DNA of 53,952 nt, counting the filler, from Streblomastix strix (taxonomy: Eukaryota): the NCBI GenBank assembly GCA_008636045.1. It is 3 parts of 3 records of this genome, joined end to end, with 100 filler letters (N's around TTAATTAATTAA, not from the genome) between each part and the next. Parts side by side here need not be neighbours in the genome. Positions count along the whole stretch, not along the records: positions 1 to 17,932 come from SNRW01000658.1; 2 more parts are not named here. One strand, given 5' to 3'. The notes beneath the pieces are model-generated. The model searched no databases. It was given only the letters and a program-made list of their open reading frames with translations, and was not told the DNA's origin. The position numbers were made by a program, and so were the translations under genes. Shown in pieces: positions 1 to 12,927 of this stretch; position 1 is the stretch's first letter; every line of letters begins with the position of its first letter.

Positions 1-859
1 AACAATTCAGTCGCATCAGTAAAATCACAAAAAGCTTACTTAACTACAATGCTATCCGTCATATATAAGGAGAATTTAACAATGTCTTCAACTTCGAAAT
101 TAATCAGCAAGGCATTAGCAGATTCAACTATCCCTCATAGAAGATATTAGAATATTTTGAACTATTAAGTACTAATCAACCATTGGAGATAATCAAAATA
201 AAAGATAAACTTTGACATCTATGGTTTGAAAGTTAAAATTGCCTCCTTATTGATGTTAATGTGCTTCTTCAGACCAAATGAAATTGTAGAAATAAAATTG
301 AAGTTCTCTAATGTTAATATATTAGAGAATCAAACATCACTAAGATTAGCATCAAAAAATACAAATGCGATAGAAATATTTGATATATACGAAACAGAAA
401 ATGAAAAAGTAAGTCTAAAACAAGCAAAATATGAATCGGTTGATATACTACAGAAACAATTTCCGAAAGGTACAGATTTTATTGTGGCACAAAGGTTTTA
501 ATAAACCAACAATTACAAAAGACATCAGCCTACAACTTACAAAACTATTAAGAGAACTGAAGATACTTGGGGCACCAGCATATTCAATACGACATTCAGC
601 AACAACAGAGTTAGCAAAGCACGGTATTCCTGTGAGAGATCTTACTACCTTTACACGTCACTCCTAAAACTCACATACTGGGCAATAATACTATATTTTC
701 GCATCTTCAATAAGAGCCAATGACATAACAAGGTAATTAACAAGTAATCAAGGCTAAGATAACGAAAGGTTAAACTAGGTTTTTCAATAAAGATGCGAGA
801 TAAGGAGAGAAGTGGGTAACCAATTATTATATTCGTCTCCCTTGAAGATAAGGTAATGA
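1..859 (+). mobile_element. Degenerate tyrosine recombinase ORF, probably from a DIRS-like retroelement; 5' truncated by the window, frameshift near 480
   Basis: With TAR=Gln, frame 1 is open 1-~480 and contains LMCFFRPNEI (catalytic Arg box). Frame 2 continues AYSIRHSATTELA...FTRHS-Q-NSHTGQQYY (R, H/W and Y boxes) to TGA at 857-859. No introns. The DIRS assignment is inference. Confidence 0.75.
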
Positions 860-2269
860 ATTGTTATCCTCGTTTCTCCTTATGTCACTTCTGGCCCACT
901 CAAAATATGTATACCAAGCCGAGGTGTAATAGAAATAAATGGAGAATTCTCTAGTAAGCAGAAGGATCGAACACGTAGATTGACGCTGAAGGTGGGTTAG
1001 AGCGCATGGAATGATAATGACGAGATGAGGACATTTCTCTGTCAAAGTTCGATAAATTTAATATAACGTATTATCGATAAAGAGAAGTTGGCAACGAATT
1101 ACATCGTTTATTATGAGGAAGAAATAGAAGAATGAGTGAAATTAAACCAATCTTTCAAGAATGATTAAACAGGCAATGAAGTATCAACGTATTTAATTTT
1201 ATTTTTTTAATAGTTTAACTGTTATTTATTATACTTATATTATTACTACCTGAAGTTTTTCTATGAGATCCTATATTTTCTTTTCCTCATGATAGCAGTT
1301 GAACCATTATTTTATCCAATTTATTGAGATTTTTTAATCTTATTCATATATTTTCCCCATAAAAGATGTTTTTTCAAACTAATTTTTTTTACTCTGTACT
1401 TAGTTTTTTCTAAATTTTTACTAAGTTTATATATATTTAACTGGGTTTTTTATTAACGTTAATCAATATTTTTCCCAGAAGGTTTTTATAAATTAATTTT
1501 TCCCCACATTGAATATTATATTTTTTATTTTTTCTTGTCTTGCCTCGTTTTACCGAACTCTCTTTACCGGGACTCAGATGTAATTTTATATATCTTTTAT
1601 ATAATTGTTGTTTCTTTCTGAAATTTTTAACTCATAAAATAGGCCACCCCATAGATCGGATGCCTGTTCGTGCACAGATCAAATTAGAGTCACAATGGTT
1701 TCTCAATAAATAGGTCAGATAAAGAGATACGGGGATAACAAATCAATATCTTCAGGTTTGTCGTCATAGAATGTTAGTTCAGGATCTTAAGAACCAGAAA
1801 TATCAATATAATGCAAATTTCCTATAGCTTCCATCTTATATAATTCTAATATTGTTATAATAAAATTGTATAAGCACAAAAAAATAAAAATAAAAAGTCA
1901 CAATATATAAATAGGTAAATAAGATAATTAAACAGTATTAAATAATTTTTTTAGTGGAACTGTTAAATGTTTTATGGCTATTATTTAAAGAAAACGTATG
2001 GTTTACACGGGGCTAATGATTTATTATTTTTTATTTTCGTTCATGAATTTAGAACGATACAGTGAGCTAAAACATGTTTCAAATTAATATTTTTAGATAA
2101 TTGAATTATAAGTGCATAATTAATTTATCTTTCCATTTATTTATTATGACAAATAAAAAATTAAAAACTCTGTAGGTGTAAAGTAGAGAAATTATTATGA
2201 ACGAAGATACTAATGCTGTTATAATAATTACTCTACAAATATCTCCTGTGTTTATCATTTTTGTTCTTT

Positions 2270-2400
2270 TCAAATATTTGACTAATATCCCCCTCCTCCG
2301 CTTTGATAATAGCTTCCTGATCCAATTTGAGCATAATTGGATTGATAATCTCCTCCTTATCCACCAATACTTGAATATTCAGACGATCTATCAATATATA

Positions 2401-2468
<68 letters not shown>

Positions 2469-5400
2469 CTCTTCTGTTTCTTTTCCTGATATATATGTAA
2501 AGGCATCCAATTATACAAATGATCGTGGTCAATGCAATGATTACAAATATAAGAATTGTGATGATTGCTTTTGTAGAGAGTAAGGATCTATATATATGAA
2601 TAATGTAAATATATGAGATTATCAATATTTAAATAATATTAAAGATGTTTATAATTCAAATAATAATATGTATATACTTGTGTGGCTTTGGTATTAATGT
2701 ACATTTCAATGAATCAGGATGGAGGAAATAGTTGGTTGCACATTTTGAGACGTCACAAACACCATCAAACTTCTAAGTCGAAACATCGCATTTTCTTCCA
2801 TACTCTGTATGTTTCTATTTATGTTTTGGACTGAATAATAAATAATTATATGAATAATTATATGAATATGAATTGGTTGTATTATATATTATTATCAAAA
2901 ATAGAATAAATATATACAATATAAAAAGAAATTATTAATTCTTCTTATATATTTATAATCTTCTTTTTATTCTTTCTATCTCACTAATATAATTAAATTT
3001 ACACACATGCACGTATTTCCTTAATCATATTCCCAATCAAAACAAGAACGGAAATAAGAACCAACTTTCCCAATTATATCAATAACAGACTATATTTAAT
3101 ATTCATCTTCTTCAATAAATGATGAAAAATATTAAATTATTTTATCTGGACTATTAATTTTAAATTCCAATGGAATGTTTCTTTCTTTCTGTTTTGTAGA
3201 GTATATTTCCTCAAATGGAAATCTTATCAACGTTCCCATTCTTGGGAAAGGATTTGGTAAATACTAATTAAATAATGTATAAATTTTCATATAATCACAT
3301 TATAACATTAATATTATTACTAAATTTATTTATTTATTTATTATTAACAATAAAGCTATTTATATTATTAATAATACCTTCCACTTTCTCCTTGCAGAAT
3401 CTTTTCTAAATTGATGAATCCAATCACTGTCACGAACAGATCCACCTAAATGAACGAATATAATAAAATCATATTAAGAGTGATGAATTAAATGTATTTA
3501 ATATTAATATTATATTAATAATATTATTTTCAATAATATAAACCTGGTGCTGATCCAACATCATAATGTGGATTAGATTGGCGTAAATTAGACACTTATA
3601 TGTTTTACTCATTCTTTGCTATGTCTTAATTTACTTATTAATCAATAATTCCAAATGCAATAATCTTTCCTAAATTCATTTCTTATACTCTTTTTATGAA
3701 TTAGGAGCATGCACCAATACACAAGCTATCCTAAATATATTAATAATTGTAAATATATTATATATATTTAAAATAAAAGAATGAAAATTAAAGATTTATA
3801 TAATATTAACACTTAAAAATAATACATATAAATAAATAAAGATGTAAATACTGTTAAAAATATTAAATGTTATTAATTAAAGAATATATCTGGAGAACTT
3901 TCAAGAAGTCTATTATAACATAAATGAGAAATAAGTAAATAAAAGATTATTATGAAATAAACAAATAATATATAAGAAAGATAATTTGTTATATACTTCA
4001 ATACATCGGAATACTTTTCTTCATCATCAAAGACCTCGTAAGTATATTTCTTTGAATATTCTTTTGTTATTTATTGATCAATGCTATTCTTATTAATCTG
4101 CTTTATATTATCATTACCATTATTTTATTTCTTATTAACAATATTCATTCTTCTAAGTCTTGATAATATTCCTTCTTTTTATTTCTTTTCTTTCATTTAC
4201 TTCTTTTCTCTAACTTAATTTTATTTATTTATTCCCTAATCATCAACAACTGATTAATTTTATTAGAAATCACGCTTAACTGGTTTATTATACCACTGCA
4301 ATATTATATTAATATTATAATATTATAGGAAATGAATGTGCAATATAAGTGAGAAATAAATTAATATGCTCTATTCAATAATAAATATATTATATGTAAA
4401 CTTTCATTCTAATGTATATTAATATTATTAATATAACATACTTCATTTCCATATATTCTGGAAGTCAGATATTCAAGATGGTCAACTTTTGATAATAGTT
4501 TATATGAAAATAACTCATCATATATTGATGTTATTGGTAAGTCTATTTCATTTAAATGTTAAAATAATATAATATAATATAATAATATAATATAATAATA
4601 TAGTATAATATAATATAATATAGTATAATATAATATAATATAGTATAATATAATATAATATAATATAGTATAATATAATATAATACCATATTCGCCAATA
4701 ACTGGATAAAAATTATCTTATCCTCCCATTATATATTCTAATGTTCTCATTGCTACTCCAATTAATCTTATTAATAGATATATAATAAACATGATATATA
4801 ATTAATATAATATAAATAGCATATATATAATTAATATAATATAAATAGCATATATATAATTAATATAATATAAATAGCATATATATTATTAATATATATC
4901 ATGTTTCTATAAAAATACCCTCCTAAATTTCCTCTAATATCAACAATTAAATTGATAGCTTAGTTCTTTTATAATTATTAGAAGGACTTAATAATTGCAT
5001 TTACATATTCCTTTGAATTGTAAGTTAATATTTTAATTATTTGTATAATAAAGATATGATTATATAAAAAAATGAAAAAGACAAAAAGATAATAATTATT
5101 GGTTTAAAAATATTAAAGTAATAAAACGATAATTCTTTCATAATATTTTCATTTATTTGTACTTCAATATCTGATATTCCATTTCCAGGTGCAAAAGATT
5201 TAATGCGAAGAAGTCCTTAATAAATCAGAAATTTATAATAATAAGCACACAAATAATGTTTTGATATTTATTAATGAATATGTGAAATAAAATATGGTAT
5301 AGTTTAGTATAAATATATCTACAAACCAATACTAAGATTCTTGTAATAGTAAAGTCTGACATGAGTTGAGTTGACAAGAAGTTCCACAAGAGGATCTGGA

Positions 5401-6521
5401 TTAGTTTATTCTTCTTCTTCTCTTTCAACATAAGGTTATTGTATTTATAAATCATCTGCCATTCTTTTCCATGAATCATATGATGAGTAAAACAGCTTCT
5501 TTATTTATTTACTGTTAATTTCTTCTTCTTTTTCTTCAATATCTTATTCATTTTCATCTAAATATGAATAATCTACAGGACACTTTTCATTTAAAGATTT
5601 AACTGTTTCTTTGACTATTGCATACCAAGGAAGTTCAACTTATATTTATTTATCTTTTTTAATTTAATTTATTTCTTTTTATTAACAATCTTTTTCACAT
5701 TAAGTGCTTTAATATGATTCTTTATCTGGAACAAGGAGGGTTAAATTAATTGCTTTATTAACAGGCATATTATATACAGATTAATTCCTTATTGAGAAGT
5801 CAGATTAAATTGCTTTATTAAATCTAGCTGGAGATGTCTTTGAATAATAAATATTCTCATCTGCCCAATTCATCAGTAATTAAGCAGGATCATCACCCCC
5901 TGTTGGACCACCTGTTATGTTAATGGCTAAAATGGTCCCATTCTCTATTTCTTAGAAACCAGGCAGTCTCTTATAGAAGTCATTAACATATTTGAATTAA
6001 GGAGGCAATTTTGATAATTATAATACTACTTTACTTTAATTAGATGAATCTAGCACTGCTCTAAGATTATATGGTAGTATAAATGTAAATAAACTATTGC
6101 AAGCCTTATGGAATGTTGAATGGGGATCTTTTAGGCGCATGAATAATTGAGATATGTTCTAATATAGCTCATTAGTATTTGAAAAGTTTTACGTACTCAA
6201 TTTATTTATCTCGGATACAAGATCTATTGCAAGGGGCTTAAATGGCTCGGATGGTGACAAAAGTGCATCACCAAAGACATTCAGTGCTGCGTAACTGTTT
6301 AGAATTTCAAACACTTCATTTTATTCTTTCTTGTCTGAGGTAATCTGTAAAACAAAAATATTCTTACTAAATTTAATAAAAAAATCTTGACATACAGGAA
6401 TTGAATTCAAACAATTCACAGCACTATCATACTGAATCACGTCATCATGCTAAAAATCACACGTTTGTTAAGAAAATCCCGAGTATATTAGCAGAAGAAG
6501 CCACAATAATGATTGAAACAT
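2270..6521 (-). CDS. Type I membrane protein of peptidase family S41 (CPAF/tail-specific protease-like), multi-exon
   Basis: Signal peptide MFQSLLWLLLLIYSGFS; YDSAVNCLNSIP; RLKDPHSTF; LIVDIRGNLGG; DSLCIGACSQF; Cys-rich juxtamembrane segment; TM helix AIITILIFVIIALTTIICIIGCLYIY followed by RKRNRR; spliced tail ends at TGA 2270-2272. GT-AG introns preserve the frame where checked. Confidence 0.85.
2399..2466. repeat. (AAT)n followed by (AT)n microsatellite inside the last intron of the S41 gene
   Basis: Directly visible tandem AAT then AT runs between the minus-strand GT donor (~2467) and AG acceptor (~2388). Confidence 0.9.
4563..4685. repeat. (AATAT)n pentanucleotide microsatellite with AGTAT variants, intronic
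   Basis: More than 20 tandem 5-mers visible. Confidence 0.9.
4793..4895. repeat. ~29-bp tandem repeat (ATATATATAATTAATATAATATAAATAGC), about 3.5 copies, intronic
   Basis: Three near-identical copies ending in TAAATAGC are visible. Confidence 0.85.
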
Positions 6522-6886
6522 CTGCAAAAAATCAAATCAAAAAAATATCTGTCAGACTGACATGTTAAGAATGTTTAAAATATTATAAGGGTAGGTAATT
6601 TTGATATTTATTTTCTTGAGAGGAACGACTGAGGTATTTCTCATAAAATCATCATTAAATTGATTAATTTTATTTACTGGTATTATACTAAGCAAAATTA
6701 TAAATTGAATTTCAATCAGACTTTCTAATTTTCTTGACCTTTTAATTTCCACGGCAAAATTTATTTGCAGGTATTTTATTAGATAAAATTCATTATTTTA
6801 TAATATTGTTGTTTCCTATATTAATATCATGCCAAATTATATAGTTTTTTGGTAATTATTTATTATTTACTATTTAACTTGAAGAT

Positions 6887-7608
6887 ATGCAATTTGATCA
6901 GTAAAGAATAGTGGTATGAGATATATTTAGTTCTTAAATTATTCAAATATCTATATTATTTATTATTAATTATTGTTTATCTATCTAATAAGCTTGCTGG
7001 ATCCGCTGGCACAGGGAAAGAAAACTTTGCACGTGCTCTTCTTGATTATGCTTCTGAGGATTTAATAATTGCGTTTATTTAAAGATTATTGGTTTTTTGT
7101 ATTATTAATTATTTCAATTTTTGAATTAAGTGAAACTGCAGATGTACTTACAGCCGATACAGGAAAGAAAGCAGACTTCATAGTTCTTTTTCTATGTTTT
7201 TCTGATGCAAATAGTTTTGATTAGTTATAAAGATCGTTAGTTAATGTACCTGCAGATATTTTACTTACGAGATGTTGCGTCGTAATAGAATAATGTTTGT
7301 AAAATAAGACTTTTAAACTTAATATCTTTTATCATTACTTCAAATTAGACAAAAATGAAGAGACAAGCGCTTTTCCAAGAGGATCATTAGATATTTTATT
7401 AGATAGATATAATACAATCATGCCAGTTTATGTAGTTTGCTTTATGGTTTATTATCCATTTTCAAATTAGTTTCTCCATGTAAATTAGGATTCTCCAACA
7501 AGTGCAGTACCTGCAGTTGCATCAAAGATAATGGATGTTTCTAATAATACACTTTTAATGTTAGATGTACCTGGAAATGCTTGGTGGGATGAAATAAAAA
7601 AAACCTGA
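6887..7608 (+). CDS. CENPM: Centromere protein M-like small (pseudo)GTPase, 5 exons
   Basis: Spliced product MQFDQQRIV|LAGSAGTGKENFARALL...KKADFIVLFLCFSDANSFDQLQRSLVNVPADILLTRCCVVIE...SAFPRGSLDILLDRYNTIMPVY|FLHVN... It resembles the CENP-M core (RIDLIVF..NL.SK.S......SL..V...FFLGKVCF). Four GT-AG introns; TGA 7606-7608. Confidence 0.7.
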
Positions 7609-7652
7609 ATATTCATTAATAAGAACAATTTATTTTAATTAATAGCAAATGT

Positions 7653-10600
7653 TCATGTATGTAATTTTACTTTCCATAACTCCAACTCTGAACTCATTTT
7701 TCTTACTAATCCTTCTAATCCAAGTCCACTTCTTTAAATTTCGCATTCATCCAATTCTTGTGAGACTTAATTAGAGTTATATTCGTCAATGCCAATTTAT
7801 ACTTATGTAATTTCATCTTATATTAATTATATTTCTCTGAGAAGTCTAGATTCTTCTTTATTTATATCAACAACTCTAATATCAATATCTTCATTTACTT
7901 TATTAATTGATTGCTTGGATGTATTACTTTCAAATAGTTACAAAGATCTAGATTACATTCTTCTTATATCTTGAATAACATTAAAGTGTTCTTATCTAAT
8001 CTTCTCAAGTAATGCCATCTCTTCAGAAAATGAGTTCTATAATAATAATGCTTACTCAGCCTATGTTTCTTCTTCAGAAATAATTTATATTAAAGTTTGA
8101 GCTGCTTTCTATTAAACATAATAATTATCTACATTTAATTCTTAAGTCAATTTATCTAAAATTTAATTATATTCATTTTCCTTTTAATTGAGTATTCCAA
8201 CTTCTCTTTCTAAATCTTAAGTAGCTGAAGTTGACATCTTCGCAAGTTAATCGACTTGAAATTGTAATTCCTCATTTGATTTGATAATTCTTCCCCATTC
8301 TAATATAGGAATATTTTGTTATTCTTAACTAAATTAATCATAGCTTTATTCTTAATTGTAATTATATTAATTATTATTTATTCTATTGTTATCTTATGTC
8401 CATCCACATTTATGTAATAATTCATTGTTTTAATTCTATATTTATTCAATAATATTATCCAAATTCATTGGTATATTATTAATATTTTCTTTTTTATTAT
8501 ATTCTTATATATCAATATTTTATGAATTTATTAAATTTGCTCTATTTAAATCAACTTCTTTATTAAAATCATTAACATTAGACATATTGTTATTTAGTTA
8601 ATCATCAAATCTTGCGGCATTTACGATTTCTTTAATACATTCAATTTCATTATTGCGAGTTTTAACTATATTTTAAATTTATATTTTGTTCTCATATAAC
8701 CAATTTAGTTCTGATGCTCTTCTTTCACCGTCATCATATGATGGTGCATCTATTGGTATGTGGTTAATTTGCATAAGTTAAGATAAATCAATCATTCTTT
8801 ATCTAAGACTATTATTTATATTTTAAAGATCATGTATTTAATTAATACTCTATGTGCTTCTTTATTTATTTTCAATTTCATCACCTTCTTCATCATCTTA
8901 ATCTTCTTCATCTTCATTATCATCTTCATTATCATCATTATATTCGTTTTCTTGATCTTATTATAATTCAAATAATCTTTTCAATTCCTATTATTAATTT
9001 GGATATTATTATAATAATTAATTTAATGGGATAATTTTTCCATCTTCAGAAGCTGGATCCCATTAATTAATAGCATCTTTAGTTCTTTACAATTAAATTA
9101 ATGACATTTTTAAGAATTAATATTCTTCTTATGGATCTGATATATTTATATATTCATTACATTTGATTTCACTTTATTTTTACGCTTTATGAGAATCAAC
9201 TGTATTAATATTCTCTTATTTACATATTTCATTAGTCTAATATAGTTGGTTGAATATAATATTCTTAATTTATGATTTGGCACAATTTGTCAGTTAATAT
9301 AACTATTAAGCAGGTGTCATTCTATATATTTCATTTCTAATACTTTTATTAATTAAAGGGGATAAATGAATGTTTAAAGATGATTAAGACTGAGAATTAG
9401 GATCAGATTACTATTAATGATCAGAAGGAGTATTGTTGGATAATTATAAATCTTTCTAAATATCATCAAATCCCTTTGAATATGCTTCTTTCTTCTTTAA
9501 TTCCTCTAATTCCATATTTTTCATCTTTTGTTCTTTTGATTCTAATTTAGCAATTTCAATATCAGCTCCTCTTTCTCTCATATTAATTTCTTCTAAATGT
9601 CTCTCAATTCCAAATGAGGGTATTAATCCATTTGATAGCATCATTCCTGGAGTGCATAATTACATTGATTATTAAGCTATTTATCTGGCTATATTCATTT
9701 ACTCATTAATATCATTTATATTACTATTTTTGGGTTATTTAATTACATTTAATTAATTAATTTAATCTCTTAATTCTTATTTTAAATCATTTTTCAATTA
9801 TTCTTTCTATTATTCCCAATTTTATGTATTTGATATGTTGTGTTATTATGCTTATTATAATTATGGCATCTAAGGAAGTGGTGTTTATACTCTTATAATG
9901 TCAGATTTGAAATCTAATGATCCAATATTGTCTTTGATATCTAATTTATATTCATTATTACTCTCTCTTTCTGAATATTCTGATTAAGATGATGATGATG
10001 TACTTTAACTTTCATTATGATTCTTGAGTCTTTTATTCTTATTATTCTTTCTTCTTTTTCTTTGTTTACTTTCTTTTTAAATATTTATCTATCTTTTCTT
10101 GTTTTAGTAATTAGTGATTTGTTAAGGTATTTAATCTAATTAAATAGGTTGTGTAATAATAGGATATTATTCATATTAATTTAAAGGATGAATAATTCCT
10201 TATTATTATTAATATTCATATTAATTAATTGGAGGAGAAGTATTTTATTATTGTTAATATTCATATGGGTTTTAATGTTATTATTATTATTGTTGTTATT
10301 AGCCTTATTATGGATAAATTTATTATAATAAAGGAGGATAGGGTTGAAATGGTAATTAAGGATCAATTGTTGTTATTCAATCATTCTATCTCAAATTCAA
10401 TTTCTCAGATTATTGTGGTTTTATGGGTTATTAATGAGATTACATTCCTGCTGCATATTAATGTGGATTTTCTTATATATTCATTTATTCTTATTCTATT
10501 GGATGTGATTTATAACTTGCTTGTGTTGTAGATAGATAATCATCTTTATTTATTTTACTCTAGTATTTAAGTTATGCGTTCTCTTAATGTGTTATTTTCT

Positions 10601-11288
10601 TAGTTTGATGTCCTTAAGATCTTTATGAGTTATTTGTTAAATGAAGATCACCAGATACATTTCCATCTGATGTTCCACTTATTCAAGCAAATTGAATTGG
10701 TACAGTTAATTATTATTATTATTCAGATCTTCCTTATTAATTGTAATTAATATTACTAAGTTCTTAACTTGTAGCACCAGCTGCTGGCAATTATGATGGA
10801 TCAATTCTTTTCTTATTGTTTAATGGAGTATGATATTATCCATCTTATATACGCTATTATATTTGTATTGATGAATCAGTGATTGTCAGTTGAATAGGTG
10901 CAATAATAGCAGGATTAGTATATTCAAAACGGAATGCACCTTGTTCATATCCAAATCTGATCTAATCTCCATGAATAAGAGATCTCTTACTATTGTACAA
11001 TCTATCACCATTAACATATGTCGCATTCTTTGTACCAAAATCTTCAATCTCACAAAATATAGCATCAGTATCATGGAATGTAATTGATGCATGACGTTTG
11101 GATATGCTTCTTCCTTCTAGTTGGATATCACATGATGCATCTCGCCCAACTACTGTCTGTAATTCTTCTAGAAGATATATTATATTGCTACCAATTAATT
11201 TCCCATACTATATTATGAGTAAAATTAGAATAAACATGAAAATAATGTTATGTAAAGTAATGCATACCACAGAAGTATCCTATTGCAT
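7653..11288 (-). CDS. N-terminal FHA-domain, coiled-coil protein (FHAD1/SLMAP/CEP170-like architecture)
   Basis: After one intron: VVGRDASCDIQLEGRSISKRHASI...EDFGTKNATYVNG...LIHGDQIRFG (FHA GR, SxxH and NG-type motifs). A long Q/P/S-rich linker and heptad-rich C-terminus follow, ending LELWKVKLHT-TGA. The middle was not checked codon by codon. Confidence 0.85.
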
Positions 11289-12927
11289 TTATAAGGCTTG
11301 AAACTACAACAAGAAAGTTAGTATTTATGATAGATAAAATAAGATAAGATAAAAATTCAATAAGAAGAAATTTAAATGTTTCAGTTCAATTAATAATAGT
11401 AAATATATTCATGATAGGTAGGATATTTAAATGACGTATTATAAATGTGAATATATGTGAGATCATAAAAGAAGAGTTCATAATTATAAAGAGAAATTGA
11501 GTATTTTAATATTTTGTTGTAAATTGGTTTATTCTTCGGTTATTTGTTATTTCGAGTGAAAATAAGATGATAATTTCAATAATAATATTAATTGTAGATT
11601 TTATTTTTATCAAATTAAATTATATTACCTCATATTTGGGTAATAACATACAATTTATTTGAAATGCCGTTATCTTGATTTGTAGATTCGTAAATATTAT
11701 ACAAGTTTAAATAAAAAATATTTTGCAACATAAAGCGAGATAAAATAAAAATATAATATCTTTTAAATATGAATGTAAAATACTTACTTTAAATTAATAA
11801 ATTTTATTGATAATGTTTTCGAATGTTTAAAATTACAGGTTGGATTATGAAGTGATAATCTACTGTTGAAAATATTGCTTCATTCACGCTTCGTATGTTT
11901 TCTGTGTCGTTTCAAATAGGCATACTTTTGTAAAGAAGGATCTGGCTTTGGTGCCATGGATCTAAAAATATTAGATGTAATAGAATCAAATAAAACCAGG
12001 GCATCTTTTTAATTTCATAATTATCATACGAAATAATGAAAGCTACAAATGCAATGCTGATATAAAGCACAAAAAGAAAGAAGTGAGGATGGTAGGTCAA
12101 TAGAGTCAGTGCGATGAGTGGTTTGGATATCCCACTCAAATTCGCTTCAGCGATTGTAAAGCGTATTGCAAGTGAAAGCGATATTAATGACAAAGATACA
12201 AGAGCTAAACCAACATATTTCATAGTAGATCTAAGAGTCATTATTGATATAAAGGTCTAAAATAAGAATGAAAGAAATAAAAAAATAAAAAAATAGAATT
12301 ATTTAATTTAATTTAGATTATTTCAATAAAAAACGAATTTATTTCATAATTAAATGACGATTATTGTATGCACATTACATATTTTTAGTTGATGTGTATT
12401 AAAAAGGTATAACCCATGTGAAACAGTTGATTTAAAAAAAAATTTTTTTGAATGTGCATTAATAATATTACAGCAAGCATAAATATATTTTGAATTAATA
12501 TTTAAGGTAACTGTATAATAGTATATGCAAATGTTAGTTTATCATGCTGCAAAAATGTGAATTGGCTGAATTAATATTAACCAATAAACAAGAAGAAACT
12601 ATTTTAATATAAATTAGTACTCATATTAATTAATGCAAATACTGAAATACTTTAATATTGAATTTAATAACTTATATGAGCTAATTACTATGAAAGTTTT
12701 TTTTTCAAAAAAGTAAGGTATTAAGAATATTTGGACAAAGATTCGAGTGGAGCAAGCATTTCTAATATCCCCAATTATCATTCTATATATAATCCATTAT
12801 TTAATTGAAACGCTGCCATTATAATGATATGAAATTTTTTTCAAAAGAAACATGCGCTACTCTTGAATGAAACATATTTATTCTTTATCAATAATATTTT
12901 TTGTATTAATTTAAATTTAGATTTAAC

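Noticed and set aside
1240..1835. Coding-like patch between the recombinase and the S41 gene
   Set aside because: The minus frames examined have repeated TGA and no plus frame gives a recognisable protein; possibly a relic.
2197..2625. 128-130 aa ORFs with poly-N/poly-I and IY repeats
   Set aside because: These are read-throughs of an intronic microsatellite; only the TM-encoding part of the minus ORF is real.
4563..4895. Tandem repeats considered as a CRISPR-like or telomeric array
   Set aside because: Simple AT-rich micro- and minisatellites within introns, with no unique spacers.
11830..12260. 109-aa hydrophobic minus-strand ORF and a GC-richer patch
   Set aside because: No recognisable motif. 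It looks like the antisense of decayed plus-strand coding sequence with several TGA stops, so no gene call is supportable.
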